12,896 nt of DNA from the IMG/VR virus record IMGVR_UViG_2700989170_000001, positions 1 through 12,896 of that record, one strand, 5' to 3'. The position numbers were made by a program, and so were the translations under genes. The stretch is from a virus. Taxonomy: Duplodnaviria; Heunggongvirae; Uroviricota; Caudoviricetes. Positions 1 through 6,861 of the stretch are shown here, piece after piece. Each line of letters starts with the position of its first letter. Position 1 is the stretch's first letter. Under the pieces are notes generated by a model. That model searched no databases. It saw only the letters and a list, made by a program, of their open reading frames with translations, and was not told the origin of the DNA.

Positions 1-50
1 CAGGCTACTGTGTTTAGTAATCAGATTTGTTCGTGACCGATATGCACGGG

Positions 51-84
51 CAAAACGGCAGGAGGTTGTTAGCGCGACCTCCTG
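51..84 (-). terminator. Candidate intrinsic terminator in the late-operon leader (tR'-like)
   Basis: On the minus strand there is a perfect 8-bp stem CAGGAGGT/ACCTCCTG (plus 59-66 and 77-84) with a 10-nt loop, followed by CCGTTTTG (plus 51-58). The U-tract is short and set 3 nt from the stem. It lies about 345 nt downstream of the Q stop. Confidence 0.35.
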
Positions 85-371
85 TCACCCGCTTTCACGA
101 AGATCATGTGTAGAAGGCCGCAGCATAACTATCACTGATGAATTCAGGACATCCAGTGGCTACGGCTCAGTTTGGATTGTGGCGACCGGTGCTGATCTCC
201 GGTTTGCTGCAACTGCCTACAGCGGGCTACGTGGCCACACCGAATCCAGCGAAAGATTCTTGCCCTTACACATCAGCCTGTGCATTCACCACAACGATAA
301 GAGCACTGCGCGGCACCTTTAACCAATTCCGCGAGGTCTGCGGGTTCAATGCTCTTACCTGTTGTGCAAAT

Positions 372-412
372 AAAAAAGCCACCGTTGCAACTTAAGAGTC
401 ACTAACGGCAGC
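372..412 (-). terminator. Candidate intrinsic terminator just downstream of Q
   Basis: Minus-strand RNA would form a 9-bp stem GCUGCCGUU/AACGGUGGC (two G-U pairs) with a 17-nt loop, followed directly by UUUUUU (plus 372-377). The large loop makes this uncertain. Confidence 0.3.
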
Positions 413-429
413 TTACCTTCTAATTATGG

Positions 430-948
430 CTAAATGGATAATTGCATGTCAAGGCTTTTAACAGCAATATGCTTAACTTTCTCAACACGTTTACGCATTT
501 TGAAAGCATTTTGCATTGGCTGGTACAAAACAAATAACGACGCTTTCAGGATATCGTCAATTTCGTTTCTACAGGTTGCCAGTGAAGGTTTTCTCCATCC
601 CTCGCCACCACGTCCACACATCTTGCGTGGCTTTGCAGTCGCGTGATAGTAGGATGCAATTGCTCGCTTAGATGAACCATGAGCGTAGTAGCTGAGGAGG
701 ATGCCAAAGGCTTTCTTGTCAATGTACATGACGGAATCGACGACCTGAGAAATCAACATTCCATCATCATCATTACACATTGGCCTTGTCATAACTCTTC
801 CCGGCTCTACGCTCTCCATGAACTTCGCTATTACGCTGCTCATGCGCTTTTCCAGACGACCTGAATAAACCCATGCGCCCCACAGTTCAAGCCATCCATT
901 CAGCCAATCGTGCTGCTCTTTGGTGAGGTTTAGTTCTCTTATGCTCAT
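430..948 (-). CDS. Late-gene antitermination protein Q (Phage_antitermQ-type, 172 aa)
   Basis: The ORF has motifs I recall from the QuuD/933W-type Q family (WGAW, CNDDDGM, LLSYY). It has an SD GAGGGGA 5 nt before the ATG at 948, and its ATG overlaps the ninH stop (ATGA). It is the last gene of the rightward operon, followed by a non-coding leader, as expected for Q. Confidence 0.7.
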   Translation of the reverse strand: MSIRELNLTKEQHDWLNGWLELWGAWVYSGRLEKRMSSVIAKFMESVEPGRVMTRPMCNDDDGMLISQVVDSVMYIDKKAFGILLSYYAHGSSKRAIASYYHATAKPRKMCGRGGEGWRKPSLATCRNEIDDILKASLFVLYQPMQNAFKMRKRVEKVKHIAVKSLDMQLSI

Positions 949-1133
949 CGTCTTCCCCTCTTGCCCTGTTTGACCATCAGGACGCCGTTAACTATTACGT
1001 GACGTTCGCCTTTGCTGTCTCGGTTGTACTTGAGCACTGTTCCTCTTGCACAGGAAAGCATCCTCGCCACTTCGGTCTGATTTCCTCGTGTCTGGATAAG
1101 AAGCTCTGGTATCGTTTGAATTGTGGAGTTCAT
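945..1133 (-). CDS. ninH: NinH-like small DNA-binding protein (62 aa)
   Basis: The motif TIPELLIQTRGNQTEVARMLSCARGTV...IVNGVLMV resembles lambda NinH as I recall it (KTIPDML...GNQTEVARRLKCSRGTV). Its start overlaps the rusA stop (ATGA) and it sits just upstream of Q, as in lambda. Confidence 0.7.
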   Translation of the reverse strand: MNSTIQTIPELLIQTRGNQTEVARMLSCARGTVLKYNRDSKGERHVIVNGVLMVKQGKRGRR

Positions 1134-1492
1134 ACGTTCTCCAGTTCGGTGATTTTTATTCCAAGCCGTCCGCCTGGTACTTTCACACCACGAATTACGC
1201 GAATGTCATCGAATTGCTCGTCGTCTTCCGCAAATCCGGCGTGGATAAGGGAGTCGAGTAAACCTTTCAGGATGTTGTCGAGGTCGCGGCGGCGGGAGTC
1301 TGGAACGTCTGCGATGACTTTGATGCGGAGTCGTGATTTGGTGAAAATGTCTAACTTGAGTTGGCGGATGATTTGCTGAACGTCTTTTCGGTATTTCTGG
1401 CCTTTATCGCTGATGTAGTATTGACTCCCCCGTCTTCGCCAGTAGGTGTTCACCGACGGCGGGTAAGGAAGCGCAAACTGATATTCGTTCAT
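1130..1492 (-). CDS. rusA: Holliday-junction resolvase RusA (120 aa)
   Basis: The protein is 120 aa with RusA-like features (LPYPPSVNTYW, DVPDSRRRDLDNILKGLLDSL, GGRLGIKITE). It lies in the nin region, abutting the YbcO-like gene. Confidence 0.85.
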   Translation of the reverse strand: MNEYQFALPYPPSVNTYWRRRGSQYYISDKGQKYRKDVQQIIRQLKLDIFTKSRLRIKVIADVPDSRRRDLDNILKGLLDSLIHAGFAEDDEQFDDIRVIRGVKVPGGRLGIKITELENV

Positions 1493-1779
1493 GGCTTAAT
1501 CTTCCCCTCCTTCAGCAGTATCGCCTGCGTCCTGATCACGCCTTCGAGGTGGTAAAGTCTGGCGTCTTTGTTGTCGAGATTATGGGTGCGTCGGTCGATC
1601 TCCGCGTGGCAGTCACTACAAGCCCATGCGCCGATCAGGTCGTCAGGCTTCATTCCCGTTCCGCAAATTCCAGCCATCCGGTAATGTGCCAGAACTGTAG
1701 TTTCAGGATTGCCATTGCATACGCCGTAAATACGTACCTGGCATTCTCTGCCGCGTGCTTCTTTGCGTAGATTAGCCAT
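1489..1779 (-). CDS. YbcO/NinX-like Cys-rich protein (DUF1364-type, putative nuclease, 96 aa)
   Basis: The motifs ARGRECQVRIYGVCNGNPETTVLAH and CSDCHAEIDRRTH match the YbcO-like family that precedes rusA in lambdoid prophages. A GGAGG RBS precedes the ATG, which overlaps the antirepressor stop (TAATG). Confidence 0.7.
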   Translation of the reverse strand: MANLRKEARGRECQVRIYGVCNGNPETTVLAHYRMAGICGTGMKPDDLIGAWACSDCHAEIDRRTHNLDNKDARLYHLEGVIRTQAILLKEGKIKP

Positions 1780-2501
1780 TAAGCAGCCTCCCCTGTTACT
1801 TTCAGCATTCCGTTATCGAGCAGCTTTCTGGTCAGCCACTGTTGACCACGCCCGGTGATTTTTGTGGTGAACGATATCTGTATTCCGTGATTTGTGTTGA
1901 CCGCTGTTTCTTTCACTGTGAAATAGCCGCGATCCATATATTCCTGCATTGGCACATTGCGCCGGGAACCTGAAGCAATAAGGATTTTGTGATCACGCAT
2001 CCACGCAAACAGTTTGTTTTGACCAATACCAACAACCTTTGCAAAGTTTCCAATCAAAATTCCGCTGGCCTCGCCAACGCGATCGGCAAACTCAACTTTA
2101 GGTGCGGCAATTGCGAGCTGGTTTTCCAGTTGCATTTTCTGCTCAGCAAGATCAGCAGCAAGGCGCAACGCTTCTGGTAGCGTTTTTGGGATATTAACCG
2201 CAGTTTCTTCAAGCTCTCGCCAACGGTCAACAAGACGAGCGGTGAATTCCGGCGACAACTGGGCTACAACGACAATACTGTCTCGCTTTCCTTGTTCGCC
2301 TTCGAAGACGTAATGCTCGTACTGAACACTGAACCCTAAGTTATTGATTCTTTCGGAAACCTCAATTTGAGGAAGCCGGATAACACCATTTTTAGCCAGC
2401 GTTTCGATGGTACGTTTCACATTGTCATGACGCTTACCCACCAACTCAGCGATTTCAATGCTTGTCATTTTGATGGCATTGCCATTTATTAACTCATTCA
2501 T
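1779..2501 (-). CDS. Phage antirepressor / regulatory protein (Rha-like N-terminus, KilA-C/ANT-like C-terminus, 240 aa)
   Basis: The N-terminus (MTSIEIAELVGKRHDNVKRTIETL) is Rha-family-like and the C-terminus (GNFAKVVGIGQNKLFAWMRDHKILIASGSRRNVPMQEYMDRGYF) is ANT/KilA-C-like. An SD GAGGAA lies 7 nt upstream. It is inserted between ninF and the YbcO-like gene. Confidence 0.7.
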   Translation of the reverse strand: MNELINGNAIKMTSIEIAELVGKRHDNVKRTIETLAKNGVIRLPQIEVSERINNLGFSVQYEHYVFEGEQGKRDSIVVVAQLSPEFTARLVDRWRELEETAVNIPKTLPEALRLAADLAEQKMQLENQLAIAAPKVEFADRVGEASGILIGNFAKVVGIGQNKLFAWMRDHKILIASGSRRNVPMQEYMDRGYFTVKETAVNTNHGIQISFTTKITGRGQQWLTRKLLDNGMLKVTGEAA

Positions 2502-2664
2502 CGTCTTCTTCCTCGTACATTGAGCTATTCGGATCGCTCATCAGTTCTGCGCAGCAATCGGAGCACACGTGAACTTCCAGCACATGCAGTTTCTGACCGC
2601 AGTTAGCGCACGTTAAAGCCCGCTCGACGCTTTCTTGTTCGTAACTTCGATTTGGGTCAATCAC
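2494..2664 (-). CDS. ninF: NinF-like small Cys-rich protein (56 aa from GTG 2664; alternative ATG start at 2688)
   Basis: The C-terminus SYEQESVERALTCANCGQKLHVLEVHVCSDCCAELMSDPNSS resembles lambda NinF as I recall it. The GTG at 2664 has an upstream GAGGA and overlaps the ninE stop (GTGA). The ORF track extends this frame to 2955, but that stretch overlaps ninD and ninE and is unlikely to be translated. Confidence 0.65.
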   Translation of the reverse strand: MIDPNRSYEQESVERALTCANCGQKLHVLEVHVCSDCCAELMSDPNSSMYEEEDDE

Positions 2665-2837
2665 CTTGTTTTCCTCATGCGGTTCCATTTGGCCTGTAAC
2701 AGCCCGTAGACATAATCGAATGTCTTTACCTGGCTTTCTGTGGGGATTGGTTTCTTGCGGGATTTGGTGCGTTTGGTAGGAGTAAAAATCAGGTTGTCTA
2801 ACGCTATTTGAGTAATACTTCGTCGCTGTCTCGCCAC
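2661..2837 (-). CDS. ninE: NinE-like protein (58 aa, GTG start)
   Basis: I translated this frame by hand: [58 protein letters not shown]. It resembles lambda NinE as I recall it (RRQRRSIT...KPIPKESDVKTFNY...RKTR). There is no in-frame ATG; the GTG at 2837 is preceded by AAGGAGGA. It is absent from the ORF track because it is short and starts with GTG. Confidence 0.55.
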   Translation of the reverse strand: MARQRRSITQIALDNLIFTPTKRTKSRKKPIPTESQVKTFDYVYGLLQAKWNRMRKTR

Positions 2838-2977
2838 ACGTCCTCCTTTTCCTGCGGTAGTGGTAAAACTCCTGTTGGTGTTCTTTCACACCGGAGACAC
2901 CATCGATTCCAGTAAGGTTGATTTGGTCGGAAGCGGTTATCTTCTTTGCATTCACCGCACCGATAACATCGCATCAT
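2804..2977 (-). CDS. ninD: NinD-like small zinc-finger protein (57 aa)
   Basis: The sequence [14 protein letters not shown]...WCLRCERTP has two CxxC pairs. Its ATG at 2977-2975 overlaps the ninB TGA (ATGA). Its size and position match lambda ninD; the family assignment is from memory. Confidence 0.5.
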   Translation of the reverse strand: MMRCYRCGECKEDNRFRPNQPYWNRWCLRCERTPTGVLPLPQEKEDVWRDSDEVLLK

Positions 2978-3414
2978 GCAGCCCGATCTCCCCATCGCGC
3001 TTTCCATTCGAGAGCCAGTCGCGCTTCGTCTGACCACTTAACGCCACGCTCTGTACCGAATGCCTGTATAAGCTCTAATAGCTCCGCAAATTCGCTTACA
3101 CGCATCCTGCTGGTTGACTGGCCTATTACCACAAAGCCATTCCCGGCAAGGTTAGGAACAACGTCCTGCTGCTTTAATGCTGCGGTAAACACACACTTCC
3201 AGCTTTCTGCATCCAGCCAGCGACCATGCCATTCAACCTGACGCGAAACGTCACCAAGGCAAGCCCAAAGCTTCCGATTTTGGTCTAAGCTGCGGTTGCG
3301 CTCCTGAATGGTTACTACGATTGGTTTGGTTGGGTCTGGAAGAATTTGCTGTACCGCGTGAATAGCGTTTTGCTGATGTGCTGGGGATCGAATTTCAAAG
3401 GTTAGTTTTTTCAT
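2974..3414 (-). CDS. ninB: Recombination protein NinB (Orf family, 146 aa)
   Basis: The 146-aa product ([34 protein letters not shown]...) appears essentially identical to lambda NinB as I recall it. Confidence 0.9.
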   Translation of the reverse strand: MKKLTFEIRSPAHQQNAIHAVQQILPDPTKPIVVTIQERNRSLDQNRKLWACLGDVSRQVEWHGRWLDAESWKCVFTAALKQQDVVPNLAGNGFVVIGQSTSRMRVSEFAELLELIQAFGTERGVKWSDEARLALEWKARWGDRAA

Positions 3415-3607
3415 GACTTCCCTCTCTAACAGATTTCAGGTTATTCCACTCCGTTACCGCACTGCGATAATTCGCGGCCGCCACAGCGGCGTGGTTAGCG
3501 CAGTAGATTTGGCACCCGTTCTCCATGTCGAATATTGTCGGTGATTTTCCGCATTTACATTTTTTGGCACGCGGTGCGTCTGAACACATTCCGTTAACGG
3601 TGTCCAT
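3395..3607 (-). CDS. Hypothetical Cys-rich small protein (70 aa) at the position of lambda ren
   Basis: The ORF has a strong RBS (GAGGGGGA 5 nt upstream) and several Cys residues (CSDAPRAKKCKCG...GCQIYCANH). It overlaps the ninB start by 20 nt and follows a terminator hairpin. I recognise no family. Confidence 0.45.
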   Translation of the reverse strand: MDTVNGMCSDAPRAKKCKCGKSPTIFDMENGCQIYCANHAAVAAANYRSAVTEWNNLKSVREGSHEKTNL

Positions 3608-3630
3608 CAGGATCCCCCTCGTTCTTAATC

Positions 3631-3662
3631 CAATAAAAAAGGGCTACTGTGTAAATAGCCCC
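3631..3662 (-). terminator. Intrinsic terminator downstream of the helicase gene (tR2-like position)
   Basis: Minus-strand stem GGGCUA/UAGCCC (plus 3641-3646 and 3656-3661) with a 9-nt loop, followed by UUUUUUAUU (plus 3631-3640). It lies between the helicase stop and the next ORF. Confidence 0.5.
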
Positions 3663-3691
3663 TGTTATTAGCTCAGTGATGTAGATGGTCA

Positions 3692-5128
3692 TCAGAATCC
3701 TCCTTTCTTCTTGGACTGCGGCTCCTCGCGTTCACGGCGGCGCATTTCAGCAGACTGTTGGTCTGTGTCATAAATAGCGCCATTTGCCTGAATGCAATAC
3801 ACCGTGCCGGTATTGCCATGACGATTGAGACGAAGGATTAGTTCGGTTTCACCAGGTGGAACACTGTCATCAAAAGCACCTTCACGATGGATCCCCACCC
3901 AATAATCGCAATCCTGTTCAATCTGCCCTGTATCTCGTGAGTCACTTGGTAATGGGCGTTTATTGGTTCGGCTTTCCAGTGCGCGGTTAAGCTGCGTCAG
4001 AAGCACAACAACGCAATCAAGCTCTTTGGCAAGGTTCTTCAGTCCTTTGGTGATCATGCCGTAAGCAAGGTCGTTGCGATCGGCCTTCTCAGCGGTCATT
4101 AGTGTCAGGTAATCGACCAGAATCATGCCAACACATCCTTTTTCTCGCTTGATTCGACGGCTTTCGCTGACGATTTGAGCCAGAGATAATCCCGGCGTGT
4201 CGTCGATGTAAAGCAGGTCGATTTCACTCAAACGATTAGCTGTTTCGATCGCCCTGTTGAAGTCACCATCGTAATCACCCTGATAGCCGTCATCAGCGTC
4301 ATTTGTCGCCGGAAGGTAAAAAATATTCGGGTTAACACCAGACTTCTGCCCTACCAGTTTTTCCAGTATCTGGTCTCCTGGCATTTCAAGGCTGAACATC
4401 AGAGCGGGCTTTTTCTCATGCACTGCGCAGTTGATTGCCATCTGGCTGTATAGCGTCGTTTTCCCCATCTTAGGGCGAGCGCCAATGACAAACAGAGAGC
4501 CTTTCACCAGACCTTTCGGTGACAGCATCCTGTCCAGCGATGGGATCCCTGTGCTCATTCCCCGTTGTTCGCCTGATGGGTCAAATCGCTTCTCAAGGTC
4601 GCTAACCCAGTCTTCCATGACCTCACCAAATGAGCGAAGTCCGCGACGCGATCCGGTTTTTGCATGGTCTGTCAGTTGCGTGAAAATCGCCTGAATAGCT
4701 TCGTACTTCTGCGTTGCAGTCATTCCGTTGCGGGAATAGAGCAATTCCGTCGCTTCAGTCATGCGGTTGATGGCGTAGCGTTCCATTGCGGTTTCACGAA
4801 CCTGCATTGCATAGGCAACGATGTTTGCTGCGCTTGGCGTGTTCTTTGCGATCTCAGCGATATAAGCAAAACCGCCAACAGACACCGTTAACGATTTGCG
4901 CTCCAGTTCATCGAAAAGCGTCAGGCCATCTACTGGCTTTTGCTCCCGGTGCATTCTGGTTATTTCTTCGAAAAGAATTTTGTGTGGTCGGCTGTAAAAT
5001 GAATCAGGCTTCAGCATCGCCAGAACTTTCTGGACGCGCTCACTGCTGTCATCATCCAGAAGCAATCCACCAATCACCGCCTGCTCTGCCTCGATGCTAT
5101 GGGGCGGCGCATAAAAATTATCGGTCAT
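3692..5128 (-). CDS. DnaB-family replicative helicase (P-loop; P22 gp12-like), about 478 aa
   Basis: The N-terminus has the DnaB-type motif PPHSIEAEQAVIGGLL; Walker A is GARPKMGKT; a Walker B-like ILVDYLTLM follows. The ATG at 5128 has SD GAGGGTG upstream; the ORF-track start at 5143 is a GTG. The start overlaps the stop of the O-like gene by 11 nt. Confidence 0.9.
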   Translation of the reverse strand: MTDNFYAPPHSIEAEQAVIGGLLLDDDSSERVQKVLAMLKPDSFYSRPHKILFEEITRMHREQKPVDGLTLFDELERKSLTVSVGGFAYIAEIAKNTPSAANIVAYAMQVRETAMERYAINRMTEATELLYSRNGMTATQKYEAIQAIFTQLTDHAKTGSRRGLRSFGEVMEDWVSDLEKRFDPSGEQRGMSTGIPSLDRMLSPKGLVKGSLFVIGARPKMGKTTLYSQMAINCAVHEKKPALMFSLEMPGDQILEKLVGQKSGVNPNIFYLPATNDADDGYQGDYDGDFNRAIETANRLSEIDLLYIDDTPGLSLAQIVSESRRIKREKGCVGMILVDYLTLMTAEKADRNDLAYGMITKGLKNLAKELDCVVVLLTQLNRALESRTNKRPLPSDSRDTGQIEQDCDYWVGIHREGAFDDSVPPGETELILRLNRHGNTGTVYCIQANGAIYDTDQQSAEMRRREREEPQSKKKGGF

Positions 5129-5879
5129 CGTGTTCACCCTCACGAACTTTCAGGTAGGTATTATCGTTAAGCAGGAAATCAAATCCCTTTTTGTGCCAGA
5201 CGGTTCCGCGTTGATGGTTTGGACGCTCTTCGAACATCCATCGGCAATTTTCGCCTACGTAGCTCAAATAATTTCTCCAGTCCTGCATCGTGAACCCATG
5301 CCCGTCAAGCTGGCGGGTTATCACTCCGGCTTTGCGCCAGAACGTTCGGATCTGGTTTTTACGCTTGTCATTCAGTGCGCGGATTCTTGGCGCTTCAGGA
5401 AGGATTTCGTGGTAAGCATCGACAACATCCTGACAGCTAACGGAAGGTTTTTTCTTGTCAGACTTTTTGTCTGCTGTGGCACTCTCTAATACGTCAGTAT
5501 TAGAGATATTATTTATATTATTGTTTATGGACAACCGTTGGACAACCGTTGGACAATTTTTTGCCTGAAAATCGTCATATTTAACGATTGTAAACAGGCT
5601 AAATTTCTTCCCCATCGAGCAAATATTAAGCATCCCTTTCGACTCAAAAGTCCGTAATAAGCTCCGAACTTTGTTGTCTGGAATGAATGTTTCTCTGACC
5701 AGCGACGGGCGTCCAGTTATCATCTGACCGCGATCAACAGTTATCGGACCGATATCCGTATTGACGACAGTAGATTCGTGATTAGCCTTGAGGATTAAGT
5801 GAAGCCAAAGATGTACTGCCTGAGAGTCCTTATAGAGCCTGCTGTCCATAAACTGGCGGTGTATAGAGACATACCCCAT
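5118..5879 (-). CDS. Replication initiation protein (O-like organiser, with internal iterons), about 253 aa
   Basis: The ORF sits immediately upstream of, and is coupled to, the helicase. It contains direct repeats and an AT-rich tract, like ori within lambda O. The favoured start is the ATG at 5879 (MGYVSIH...), which has AGGAGG 8 nt upstream; the ORF-track start at 5942 has no comparable RBS. Confidence 0.75.
   Translation of the reverse strand: MGYVSIHRQFMDSRLYKDSQAVHLWLHLILKANHESTVVNTDIGPITVDRGQMITGRPSLVRETFIPDNKVRSLLRTFESKGMLNICSMGKKFSLFTIVKYDDFQAKNCPTVVQRLSINNNINNISNTDVLESATADKKSDKKKPSVSCQDVVDAYHEILPEAPRIRALNDKRKNQIRTFWRKAGVITRQLDGHGFTMQDWRNYLSYVGENCRWMFEERPNHQRGTVWHKKGFDFLLNDNTYLKVREGEHDDR
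5528..5556. repeat. Iteron-like direct repeats (probable replication origin) inside the O-like gene
   Basis: GGACAACCGTT occurs twice in tandem, followed by a partial third copy GGACAA and then TTTTTT. The upstream flank (5498-5527) is AT-rich. This matches the lambda arrangement of iterons plus an AT-rich region within the initiator gene. Confidence 0.6.
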
Positions 5880-5928
5880 ACTGGATGCCTCCTGATGTTG
5901 TACAGGGTTATGCCTGTAATCAGCTAAC

Positions 5929-6090
5929 TTAACGACGCCCATGTTTCACTCCTGCTTTGGCTAGTCTGTAAACACCAACAAGGCGCTCTGCGAACGCCCT
6001 GTTATTTGCTGCGGCTACCACTAATCCCTCAGGTGAATCAGGGTGTCGAATCTCTTCTTTTTCCTGGTATTTCTTACGACGTTTTGTCAT
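5929..6090 (-). CDS. Hypothetical small basic protein (53 aa) between cII and the replication gene
   Basis: I translated this by hand: MTKRRKKYQEKEEIRHPDSPEGLVVAAANNRAFAERLVGVYRLAKAGVKHGRR. AGGAG lies 5 nt upstream of the ATG. It is below the ORF-track size cutoff. It occupies the position where lambda O begins and overlaps the OOP promoter on the other strand. Confidence 0.35.
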   Translation of the reverse strand: MTKRRKKYQEKEEIRHPDSPEGLVVAAANNRAFAERLVGVYRLAKAGVKHGRR

Positions 6091-6100
6091 AATTACTCCT

Positions 6101-6177
6101 GTGGATTGATCCAGTAATGACCTCAGAATTCCATCTGGATTTGTTCAGAACGCTCGGTTGCCTCCGGGCGTTTTTTA
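6101..6177 (+). ncRNA. oop: OOP-like antisense RNA with t0-type intrinsic terminator
   Basis: The plus strand has a 7-bp stem CGCUCGG/CCGGGCG (6151-6157 and 6164-6170, one G-U pair) followed by TTTTTTATT. The sequence from 6101 (GTGGATTGATCCAGTAATGACCTCAGAATTCCATCTGGATTTGTTCAGAACGCTCGGTTGCCTCCGGGCGTTTTTTATT) closely matches lambda oop/t0 as I recall it. It is antisense to the 3' end of cII. Confidence 0.6.
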
Positions 6178-6419
6178 TTGGTGAGTCCATCAAGCGCATA
6201 CTTAAAAGCCCTGCTAATCGGACTGATGTCTGATGCCATTCCGAAAGCACACAAGACCGAAGCAATAAATCTCCAGTCCGTTCTGCTTATCTTCGATTCA
6301 TGACAGCCAATCATCTTTGCCAGACCGCGCTGGGTAAGCGTTGACAGGTTGATGAGTAAATCTGTTTCTGCGCGATCAACGTCGCGCTGTGATAGTTTGC
6401 TGTAACTTGTTTGTTCCAT
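6123..6419 (-). CDS. cII: Transcriptional activator CII (98 aa)
   Basis: The C-terminus LTNKKRPEATERSEQIQMEF and the HTH region KMIGCHESKISR resemble lambda CII. It sits between cro and the replication genes. Confidence 0.85.
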   Translation of the reverse strand: MEQTSYSKLSQRDVDRAETDLLINLSTLTQRGLAKMIGCHESKISRTDWRFIASVLCAFGMASDISPISRAFKYALDGLTNKKRPEATERSEQIQMEF

Positions 6420-6483
6420 TTCTTACTATTTCCATAGGTAAATAATCACTAATACTCATCTTTCGATGAGTGATTAATTAGTT

Positions 6484-6517
6484 ACCGCGTTGTCGGCGGT
6501 GCAGATTGATAAAGAGC
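6484..6517 (-). promoter_or_regulatory. nutR-like N-utilisation site (boxA plus boxB hairpin)
   Basis: Read on the minus strand: boxA GCTCTTTAT (plus 6509-6517), an 8-nt spacer, then boxB ACCGCCGACAACGCGGT (plus 6484-6500; 5-bp stem ACCGC/GCGGT with a GACAA loop core, P22-like as recalled). It lies between the cro stop and cII. Confidence 0.6.
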
Positions 6518-6528
6518 TGATCCGCTTA

Positions 6529-6744
6529 TTAAGCGGCTTTGTGTTCCGGCGGGAACACGTCATCAAGACTGACTTTTGCGCCTAACTTGTTTAGGCACGC
6601 AACAAGAGCACGGCATGTTTTAAGGTCTGGGAAGCGACGACCAGATTCCCAATGTCCGATAGCTCCCTGTGTGCATCCAACCGCCTTAGCAAGTGTTGTT
6701 TGAGAGATATTCAGTGACTCTCGATATTTTCGTAGGTTGCTCAT
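6529..6744 (-). CDS. cro: Cro-like HTH repressor (71 aa)
   Basis: The HTH is QTTLAKAVGCTQGAIGHWESG. The ATG at 6744 has GGAGGG upstream. It is divergent from cI and followed by nutR and cII. The ORF-track start at 6915 would overlap the operators and cI. Confidence 0.75.
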   Translation of the reverse strand: MSNLRKYRESLNISQTTLAKAVGCTQGAIGHWESGRRFPDLKTCRALVACLNKLGAKVSLDDVFPPEHKAA

Positions 6745-6770
6745 ATGCCCTCCATAGTAACCATGAAACA

Positions 6771-6849
6771 ATAATACGATATGTACTTTTGGAATGCAAA
6801 CAAAAAATACATCTTGTGCATGGATGGTTTTAGTACAGAGCGTAATAAT
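6771..6849. promoter_or_regulatory. Right operator/promoter region (OR with PR; PRM not located)
   Basis: PR candidate on the minus strand: -35 TTGCAT (plus 6794-6799), 17-bp spacer, -10 TATTAT (plus 6771-6776). Operator-like sites are TACGATATGTACTTT (6775-6789) and TTTAGTACAGAGCGTA (6829-6844), sharing the AGTACA-N3-CGTA core also seen in OL. Confidence 0.5.
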
Positions 6850-6861
6850 AAGGATATGAAG

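Noticed and set aside
3-13. 11-mer GGCTACTGTGT repeated at 3-13 and 3642-3652
   Set aside because: A single exact 11-mer repeat is expected by chance in a window of this size. The flanks do not match, and only the second copy is part of a hairpin.
230-360. Possible tRNA gene in the Q-proximal leader
   Set aside because: I checked T-loop-like strings (CCGAATCC near 241, GGGTTCAATGC near 341) on both strands. None has complementary T-stem arms or an acceptor stem. A tRNA scan would be needed to exclude it formally.
138-395. Plus-strand 85-aa ORF in the region downstream of Q
   Set aside because: It has no recognisable RBS, lies antisense within the expected late leader, and has an odd composition with no family resemblance. 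It is most likely a chance open frame.
6074-6265. Minus-strand 63-aa ORF overlapping the cII 3' end and the OOP region
   Set aside because: It overlaps the confidently called cII gene in another frame and has no RBS.
6781-6861. Longer ORF-track N-terminus for cI (start 6781), and likewise cro (6915), N (7785), cIII-like (8757) and ninF (2955)
   Set aside because: These upstream extensions run through the operator and promoter region, nutL, or an intrinsic terminator, or overlap neighbouring genes. Internal starts with proper RBSs fit the expected protein lengths.
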